NCBI GenBank assembly: GCA_964016885.1
Contig: OZ024740.1
Coordinates: 342,178,001-342,242,000, forward strand
DNA from: Eledone cirrhosa
Taxonomy: Eukaryota
Length of the DNA: 64,000 bases
Direction of reading: 5' to 3'
Shown: piece after piece, positions 55,182-64,000 of the stretch
How positions within the stretch are numbered: the first letter of the stretch is position 1
How the letters are laid out: the number at the start of each line of letters is the position of its first letter
Notes under the pieces: model-generated
Databases searched by the model: none
What the model saw: the letters and a program-made list of their open reading frames with translations, nothing else
Told to the model about the DNA's origin: nothing
Translations under genes and position numbers: made by a program

Positions 55182-55793
55182 CTCATGCTAGCGTGGAAGA
55201 TGGATGTTAAACGAAGATGATCATGATGATATATATATATTAGTAATAATAATTATGAAGACTAAAATATGAAGAGGGCTCGATAAGGATTATATATATT
55301 AATATATATATATAGTAGAATAATCGAGTATCGAAAAATCGGCGCACGAGTTCACGATAAACAAAATTCGACATGAGTGGCAGAGGGCTCAATAATTCAG
55401 ATAAATCAGAGCTATAACTATCGTTAAAATACCAACACACATAGATTATGTCTAAAATCAACCATACGACCGAAAAATTACGATCAGGAAGATTCGGGTC
55501 ACTCAGATAAAATATCAATAAATCATGATATAAAAGTGTATGCAAACCTGTAGAGAAAATATTTATTACTACAGATTAAAGTTTAAGCAAAGAATTTCTG
55601 CTCTCATCCTATTACAGGATCTTCTTATATAGTTTGTTTATGTGCAAGAACGTTTTTATTACCTCTAACCCCCCCCCCCCCCCCCAAAAAAAAAAACAGC
55701 TCTGCAGTCACTGATACCACATACTATCTCTCTACATGTACCACTATCTGTACCATGCCACACACATAATTGTACATACCTCTTCTATTTCAG

Positions 55794-55912
55794 CTTGTCC
55801 CCAGTGTAAATATGTCTACGTCTTAAGTAAAGGTGGCTGCATTCATTTTACCTGCAAAGAATGTAAATTCCAGTTTTGTTCTGGCTGCCAAGGAAAATTT
55901 TATTCGAAAGAT
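55794..55912 (+). CDS. RNF31: RNF31 exon: RING2 with catalytic Cys (55838-55840)
   Basis: tttcag acceptor, phase 1; [31 protein letters not shown]; donor gtaagt. Confidence 0.95.
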
Positions 55913-57055
55913 GTAAGTTCTTTTTTTTTTTTTGCATTTATGGTTTTACATCCATTTTTCCTAGTCCCAGTTAGATGGCCATTTTGGTGCCACAGTAAAA
56001 AGCACCCAGTACACACTAACATGGTTGGCATTAGGAAAGGCATCCAGCTGTAGAACCCAAACAAAAATACAGATCTGTATGACCTAACTTGTTACATAAC
56101 GTGACAACCTGTCTAACCCATGTGGTGGGAAGCAAATGGATCTACCTTGCATCTCTACTGGAATCAAAACTGAATGTCCCTGCTCCAATGTCCACGTAAC
56201 CTTCGTCCGGCCGAGAAATACAGAGCCTCTCTTGCACACAATCATAACACGTTCACACCAGACCACGATCTGATGAAAAAGAGGAAGTGACAGGCACGTG
56301 AACCCTGATTTGACATCACTGGTCCCTCGCTTCCAGCAAGACCTCCCCCACACTTCCGGTATTCCCTTTTCGGTAGCCCTACAATCCATACAAGCATGGA
56401 AAATAGACATGAAATAGTAATAATGATGATTTTCTGTGCTAGCATGGATCACATGGGACTTTATGAGGCAGTGTTTTACTGCTGAATGCCCTTCCTGATG
56501 CCAACTCTTTTATTTGCTTCTTAGAACATGCAGGAAAGCAGTGAATCTATTCTAAAAACTGGGATACATACACATACAAAAACATTGCTGTCACATATAA
56601 ATTAGTGTGGCACCCACTGCAGCAATAGCAGTAGGCATTCCTTGGCAAGAAGTGTTTGTAATACAGTTTTTATTCCTTATTGGAATTATTTTCAACTGAC
56701 AAACATCACTAATGTTTTTCTGAAAGACGAGTATGTTGCTATAACTTCTCATTGTTAAACTGGATTTAGAACATAACAAAGTTTCTAACATAAAATTACG
56801 ATGGAAAGTTTTTAGATAAATATCAATTCTTTGAAACAATATTTCGTATGATAGAACCTAAGCCAGTTTCAGGTAGTTTGGTATCAAAAGGGTTAAAACA
56901 ATGGAATGTGTAATTTAAAGAATATTTGTCTGCTATTTTTAACAGATCAAACAATCATGTTGATGGTGTTTCATTGGTTAAATCTCATTTAAATTGTTTT
57001 TTTTTTACTCTTATGAAAAATACATTTTGAAATTTCTATTCTATCATTTTACTAG

Positions 57056-57169
57056 GAATGTAAAAAATACAAAAGTTGTAGCACAAAGGGTATCCATGCA
57101 CATCATCCCAGGAATTGTTTATACTACCTACGAGATAATACTGTTGAAGACCTGCAACTACTACTTAAG
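57056..57169 (+). CDS. RNF31: RNF31 exon: RING2 zinc insertion and LDD start; GC donor
   Basis: actag acceptor; ECKKYKSCSTKGIHAHHPRNCLYYLRDNTVEDLQLLLK; donor AAG|gcaagt. Confidence 0.88.
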
Positions 57170-57213
57170 GCAAGTTTAAAACAACATATTATATCTAAAT
57201 TTATTGTTATTCT

Positions 57214-57440
57214 TAACCCTTTAGTTTTTACATTACTTTATATATACTATTTTATTTTCACGGTAAAAGCTTTACCTCACATAATATCTCACATAACATC
57301 GAATCTATGAGATTTTGATAGTATTCATTTTGAGAACAATACCTTCACATAAGAATGAGTGGTTAGTTATGGTTGGTTTGAACAGAAAGAGGTGAGAGAA
57401 TTCTGATCAGATATGGCTGGTTTAAATGCTAAAGGGTTAA
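57214..57440. mobile_element. TTAA-flanked MITE
   Basis: ttaa-ccctttag ... ctaaaggg-ttaa terminal inverted repeats. Confidence 0.6.
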
Positions 57441-58906
57441 GGCAATGAATTGGCAAAGGTGTTAGGGCATTGAATTAAAAATGCTTTAGTATTTGTTCCA
57501 GCTCACTGTGTTCAAATCCTGCCATGGTCAACTTTACCTTTAATCCCTTTTGTGGTCAATAAAATAAAGTACCACCAGTCCTGTACTGCAGTTAATTCTT
57601 CATATCTCTCTCTTTCTCTTGTGAGGATGGTACCCCTATAACTCCAGCAAGAGTTAACGGTCCTTTATGTATTGTTATTCTAGCATAATCATCATTTTCA
57701 CAGTCAGCATACTGGCATTAGTTGAAAGAGACCCATCGAGGCAGTAATGGAGCTGGATGTTCTTCCTGATACCAATATGTACTCTTTATTTTAAGTATGG
57801 TGCTTGTTCCACTGAACTTCAATTGTCAAACAGCTGAGCTATGAGACATAAATATGTGTCTCTGGCTGCCCAGTCAGTGTCAATGGGAAGACATAGAAAG
57901 ATAGAAACACACAGACAGATATCATCATGTCTGTTCTCCGTGCTGGCATGGGTTGAGAGGGTTGTCACAGGCCGAGACAAGACAAGATATAAGCATCACA
58001 CCCAATATACCCCTGTTAACTCTACATTTTTACTGCATTCTTTGCTACCCTTTTTACACTTTTACCCTCTTCCCATGTCCTTTGAGCTGAAACTATGTAG
58101 TGGAATGTGTCCTTTTAACAATCTTTATTCATCTATCTCATCATCCCTTTCCCATACATTACTCTCCCTTTTCTTTCACATCACATTGTTTCACCCAACC
58201 ACTTTCATCCCTAAACTATTTTAACCATCCACTTCCTATTTTCACTCTCCAACATGTTTATATTGGAATGTGTTAACCTCCTTAGTGTTGGTGCCACTGT
58301 AAAGTGTACTTGGTACACTCCATGAACTGGTTGTCATTCAACTTGTAACAACATAGAGTAGGGAGGACCCTTCAATCAAATCAATGACCTGACTACCTCT
58401 CTTGTGCTGATGCTACAATATAATGCACCCAGTATACTCTGTAAAGTGGTTTGTTTTATAAAAGTCAACCAGATGTAGAAACCATGCTGAACAAAGAGTT
58501 GAGAGGACTTTTCATGTGTGAAGGACATGACAACCTATATAGTGCTGGTCCCACGATAAAATGTACAGTGTATTCTGTAAAGTGGTTGGCATTTGGAAGG
58601 GCATGCAGCTGTAGAAACCATACCAAAGCAGGAAACATGTAAGTAGATGTGGCCCCACCGAATGGTCTCTGATTAAGTACTGACTTGGTTTGTAACAACC
58701 TATCCAACCTATGGTAGCATAAGGGAGAAAAAAAGACATAAAATGATTATGAATTGAAATTTGAAAATACATGAAATATGTTTTGTTTCTAAATATTTTT
58801 ACTAATTGCTGCCTGTGTTTTGTTTAGAAATTTATATCTCCTTCATATAGAACAGCAACTGCAATGTAAATGTATGGTATATTGCTATTTCTTTATTATT
58901 TTATAG

Positions 58907-59049
58907 AAGTGCCATGTAGATTTTGACATAGTACCTAAAGAAGCTGTTAATTCCTGTCCCGTGGTCGAACAGAAAGAAATTTCACCTGAATCTTTTTATG
59001 ATGCTATATGTGGAAAAGATGTTTTGGAGAACCATGCCGGTTTCTGCTT
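58907..59049 (+). CDS. RNF31: RNF31 exon: LDD
   Basis: ttttatag acceptor; CPVVEQKE...YDAICGK...HAGFC; donor gtaagt, phase 2. Confidence 0.9.
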
Positions 59050-59945
59050 GTAAGTTTGAAGAATTTTATCAATTTCTTTAAGACAGGATATTTAGACAAG
59101 CTTGCCAGCAATTAGACCTCAAGCTAGGCTAGGTACAATTTCAGATATGTCTCTATATGTTGACCTATTCAACATAGATTTGTTTTCCTTGTTTTGTGCA
59201 GTGACTGTATCTGCATACTGTTGAATATATGGACACAGCATGGCCAAATGATCGAAGAGTTTGCTTTGCAATCCTTAAGTCCTGAGTTTGGTCCCTCTGT
59301 GTGGGATAGTGTCATTTACCATAGCCTCAAATCAAGCCATGCTTTGTGAATAGAACATGTTGTTTGTGGATGGTTTTAGGAAGAGTGAAGATTTATATCA
59401 TTTGCATAGGAGTGTCAGAGAGAGAGAAAGAAAGCTCGGTGAAGATAGGGATCACTGTTTGAGGAAAATTGGAGTATTGTCAAAGCCAGTGGCCTCATTG
59501 GTTTAAAAAGATACTTCATGCAAATAAGGTACCAAAAAATAACTAGTTTTGTGATGTAATTTTAAGCTGTTAAATGCTGAAAGATGGCAGGAGGACCCCT
59601 TATATCAATCAACAAGTCAAAGATGCCATCCAAGAAAAGAAGCAGGCCTACAAAGCTTGGAAATAAGTTCTTGCATATGCAGTACAAGCAGGCACGATGA
59701 AGCACAGTAGAGATAGTTAAGGCATGGGAAGACTTTGGGGTTAAGCTGTAATCCTTCAGATCAGCAAATAAGTGTTTTGGCAGACTATTCGCTGACTCAC
59801 ACCTGCTCTCAGGAACACTTCAGGGGTTCTCCTCTCTTCAGTAGACTGGGCGCTTTTTGTTGTCTCACCAGCACGACTACTATTACATCATTGACTGGGT
59901 GTTTTTTTTTGTGTGTCAGAATTTTTGTGTGCTATAAATTCTATT

Positions 59946-60278
59946 TCATGTTCATCATTTCATTTTACGTCCGCTTTTCCCTGCTTGCAAGGGTGGGACG
60001 GGAACTAATTCTGGCTTGATTTCTACAGCTGGATGCCCTTCCTAAAACCAACCTCATTTACAGTGAGTGCTGGGTACTTTTTTTGATGTGGCACCTCCAT
60101 GACCACTTTGCAGTGGAATGATATGGACCATCATCTCACTTCTACAGCTGAGTAAACTGGAGCAATGTGAAATAAAGTGTCTTGTTCAAGGAAACGACAC
60201 ATCACCCGGTCTGAGAATTGAACTCACAACTTTTCGATTGCAAGTCCAATGCTCTAACCACTAAGCCATGTGCCTCCA
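59946..60278 (-). mobile_element. tRNA-derived SINE (family A)
   Basis: Reverse complement of 32022-32358. Confidence 0.85.
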
Positions 60279-60353
60279 TGTTATGTATATATTATCTTTT
60301 ATATGTATTGTGTCAACTAACTTTTAAACCTGCTGGCATTTTATGTGTTGTAG

Positions 60354-60519
60354 GGTTCATTACAAAGAATACTTAATAACTTTGATCAATCACAACAAAC
60401 TCGACCCTATTGAGATATTCAAAAAAGAGAAACTTATACAAGTTCTATCTCGCTATGACAAAACCTTACCAACTCAGGGCAATCAGTCAGAAACTGACTA
60501 TGTCAACCATCTAAAGAAG
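60354..60519 (+). CDS. RNF31: RNF31 exon: LDD
   Basis: ttgtag acceptor, phase 2; VHYKEYLITLINHNKLDP; donor gtaaca. Confidence 0.92.
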
Positions 60520-60616
60520 GTAACAAATATTTTTCTCTTTAAACTCCTTCACTAATTTTCACTTTTACTTATAAATATTTCATTATGCTGTCTAAAGAAC
60601 ATGCAAACGGAAAGTT

Positions 60617-60849
60617 TAACCCTTTTGATACCAACCCAGCCCAAACTGGCTTTGGTTCTATAAACCAAACCATTTTAAAGGATTCCTGTTTAAATTAAAA
60701 TCTTCCAACATAATTTGGTATAAGAACCACATGTTAAGTTGCTATCTTAGTAATGAAATAATAATTGTAATTAAATCTCATTAAAATTCTTCATTAATTA
60801 ATTGAAACAGAATATATTTAATTAAAAATTTGGTCAAAAAAGGGTTAAA
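60617..60849. mobile_element. TTAA-flanked piggyBac-like MITE
   Basis: ttaa-cccttttgatacc ... ggtcaaaaaaggg-ttaa; related to 50686-51114 and ~56700-56896. Confidence 0.7.
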
Positions 60850-61443
60850 TACAGTAAGCCTTCAGTTTAACAGCCCTTGAATTAATGGATTATGGATTTA
60901 ATGGGCCATTGTCATTATCATCATTTTACATCCCTTTTCCATCCTGCATGAATTAAATGGGTTGTTACAGTCTGAGACCAGATGGGTTAGCGCAAGTAAT
61001 CTTGCTCATGACGTTCCATATTTTGCATGGTTTCTGTGGTTGGATGCTCTTGCTAACAGCAACCACCTTATGGGGTGTGTTGGGTACATTTTTTTAATAC
61101 ACCAGAACTACATTACACAGTGGACTAGGTGCATTTTTATCATGGTACTAACACTTTACGGAGTATATTTGTTCATTTTATTGTGGCACCAGCAAAAAAT
61201 AGGCTTACATTTTTTTCTTAATATTCCCTTCTGGGTCCTGTATGCCATCAGCTAACTATTCCTTTATACAGTGTCACTGTCAGTCTGCCAGAGATCCCAT
61301 TACATATTTTGTATACTCATTGTTTATACAGAGTATTGAGTTATTAGAATATGTATCTATATTTGTGTGTGTGTGTATATACACATTATACATATGTCAC
61401 ATATACATCATAAATTACAATAAATATGTATTTCTCTTTTCAG

Positions 61444-61476
61444 TTGCTGCAGCAAGTTGAACCACTTTCAAAATGA
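61444..61476 (+). CDS. RNF31: RNF31 terminal coding exon
   Basis: tttctcttttcag acceptor; LLQQVEPLSK-stop (TGA 61474-61476). Confidence 0.75.
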   Translation: MLQQVEPLSK

Positions 61477-62789
61477 AGATTTATTTTGCATTATTATTTT
61501 TTTTTTAATATCAAATATATTTTATTAAATTGTTTTATTTGTTAACATTCCTACAGTTAATGACAATAACTCGTAGCATATGGTACTATTGGTATAGCTA
61601 CTTTCAATTACTTTGTGTTATTTAGGTTCAAATTCTATGAGAACTAAAGTAATCTTGTATTACTGGGGTAAAGTTTATTAGCTAGTATAAAGATTGACCT
61701 TGTACTGAACATGTAGTGTTTATACCATGTCTTTTAAGGAACAGAGGAGTATAGATTTGATTGGAGTTTATAGATTCATTAAGTATGGTGTAGGCATGCC
61801 TGTTTGCTATGGAAGTTTTTGCAACCACATAAGTCTAGCATTAGGTAATGTTGCTGTAATGTTCTAGGATGTTTATGGGTATGGATATTTAGGGGTGATT
61901 TTCTCCAGTGATTATTTTAATTTGTAGTTGACCCCAGCTTGTGCAGTTCTAAATCTAATTTTGTGTCTTAAGTTTACATTTCATGTCAAATTCTACATGT
62001 GCTTACATTGTAAATGATGGTTAAAAGACTTTAAACACTCATAAAATGTTAATAATAGCCATTACAGACTCAAAGGATATCAACAACTGGGTTATGGATC
62101 TTGGTGCAAAGATTTGTGCAGATCTAAAATGTCCTTATAATAAACCCTGGATCTTTTATGTAGAAGCAGGGACTATGAGGGATAAAGCTTACCGTAGTAA
62201 CAAACTGAGACTCACATGTCCAAGTAGTCTTTCATTTTATTATATAGGTGGTCAGTGTACAATGTGTGATGATGTATACTGTACTGTTTTGTGTAATTAG
62301 TAATTAATTGGAATCTCAAGTAAGCTGGTACAGTCTGTGATGGCTCTTATGTGTTTATACTCATTTTATACTATTGTTGTTTTTCTGTTAGCCAATGTAG
62401 TCCCTGTTATTGCTCTAAGTATGTTTCTATAGTTTATTGCTTTCCTTTACTATATCTATGTATACTATGTATATTGTGAAGGGATATTATTGTATTTTTT
62501 TTTGTGTGTAAGGCATGTGTATGCTATGGAAAGTGCTGGGTCTATGTGATGTTACTTCATTCATGTTTTTATTGGGCCTTAGAATTAGGAATTTGTCCAG
62601 CTTCCAGATAGTTGGGATTTAGCAATGTTAATATGAGTTGTAAATATTTATAAGTACAGTGCGTGTTCTGATTTTCTCTTGCTTTGAAACTTTTGAATTT
62701 TTGATTTCCTTTGTGTGTGTGATAGATGAAAGGGTCAAAATCACATTTTAGATGAATGGTCATCATCATATGTTTGTTTTTCACAGGTT

Positions 62790-64000
62790 ATGTTCTGCAA
62801 TTAGGCAGGTCAAATAACCATGTCTTGCTCATATGTACCATTTTGGCATGGTTTCTATGGCTGCGACTCAGCAAGCTACAAGCACACTTCCATAACACCC
62901 CACCGGCTCCGGACACCCCAGACCGCTTCCTTGTCCTGGGCCGATGACCATCTTCTTGGACACCGGCATCTGGACAATTCAGCACACTGGACGGCTTCGT
63001 CGACGCCTGCCATAGCGCAGTAAACCGCTTCGACTTCCGCCACCACTCTAAACGAAGCAACATCTCTTGGGCTAAACTCCTCGCTCTCCGCTCCCTCCGT
63101 AACCACAATAACATCATCATAAAACCGGCGGACAAAGGAGGCACCGTAGTGGTGTGGCGTGCTGATCTCTACATGGCTGAGGTTCTCAGGCAGCTCCGCA
63201 ACCCGCTCTTCTACCGCCCCCTACCTTCCGACCAAACCCCCCACTACCAACACCTCGTCTCCTCCCTCCCACCACCTCCCACCTCATTATCTGTACCCCC
63301 ACCATCTACTTTCTCCCCAAAATCCACAAATCCACAAACACGACAACCCCGGCCGCCCATTGTCTCTACCTGCAACTGCTCTACCAAACTCATCTCCGCC
63401 TTTCTCGACTCCATCCTCCCCTCCCTCGTCTCTGCCCTCCCCTCCCCTCCCACATCTCCGACACCAACCACGCTCTCCGCCTTTTTGACTCCCTTCCCAA
63501 CCGGCCCACACCCCCTCCTCTTCACCTTAGACATTAAATCCCCCTATACGGTCATCCCCCATGCTGATGGCCTACACGCCCTCTGGCACTACCTAGACCT
63601 TTGCCCCTCCCCCACCTCGCCTAGCTGGTCCTCACCCTTAACTGCTTCTCCTTCGCGGGTGAATTTTACCAACAGGTCACTGGAGTAGCCATGGGCACGA
63701 GAATGGGCCCCAACTATGCCAACCTTTTCGTCGGCCATGTTGAGGCCCAAATCTTTGCCCAATACACTGGTCCCACGCTTGAACTGTACGGTCGTTATAT
63801 TGACGACTGTATCGGGGTGACGACCCTCACCCGAGAATAGCTCGACTCCTTTCTCTCCTTCTTCTGCTCCTTCCACCCCTCACTCCACTTCACCACCTCT
63901 ATTTCCACCACCCACGTCCACTTCTTGGATATCTCCATCGACCCCTCCTACCACTGCCTCATCACCTCTGCTTTCTTTAAACCCTTCACCTACACACACC
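62790..64000 (+). mobile_element. Penelope-like element reverse transcriptase, decayed, runs off window end
   Basis: IIIKPADKGGTVVVW, PPIVS, LFTLDIKSPYTVIPH, GVAMGTRMGPNYANLFVG, YGRYIDDC; frameshifts and stop. Confidence 0.88.

Larger units (their letters stand above)
28492..61476 (+). other. RNF31: RNF31/HOIP E3 ubiquitin ligase gene, 3' part (13 coding exons, 669 aa in window)
   Basis: The spliced exons are phase-consistent and give the UBA, RING1, IBR, RING2 and LDD domains in HOIP order, with HOIP-specific motifs (WxRAE, QAQGL, GGCxHF, HHPRNCLYYLRD, EQKE, HYKEYL). Confidence 0.92.

Overview
AT-rich, repeat-dense eukaryotic (animal) genomic DNA; the SINE/RTE/(TA)n repertoire suggests a cephalopod such as Octopus (inference). 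The one host gene is on the + strand: 13 phase-consistent exons (28492-61476, 669 aa) encode the C-terminal UBA-RING1-IBR-RING2-LDD portion of RNF31/HOIP, the catalytic LUBAC subunit, with one probable GC-AG intron. No upstream exon was recognised in 1-28491. The rest is transposon debris: several RTE LINEs carrying a PHD-like finger, CR1-group LINEs, a near-complete DD37D (maT) Tc1/mariner element, a decayed Ty3/Gypsy element, hAT-like transposase fragments, Penelope-like RT fragments, two tRNA-derived SINE families and TTAA-flanked MITEs. There are also kb-scale degenerate (TA)n arrays and a ~5.9 kb, 38-bp pyrimidine satellite in the intron that splits RING1. The most unusual signals are long fold-back palindromes, one centred exactly on a hammerhead-ribozyme-like CUGAAGA core, several further hammerhead-like cassettes, and the AG-free, branch-point-rich satellite. 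I found no convincing wholly new system; the items reported are candidates to test.
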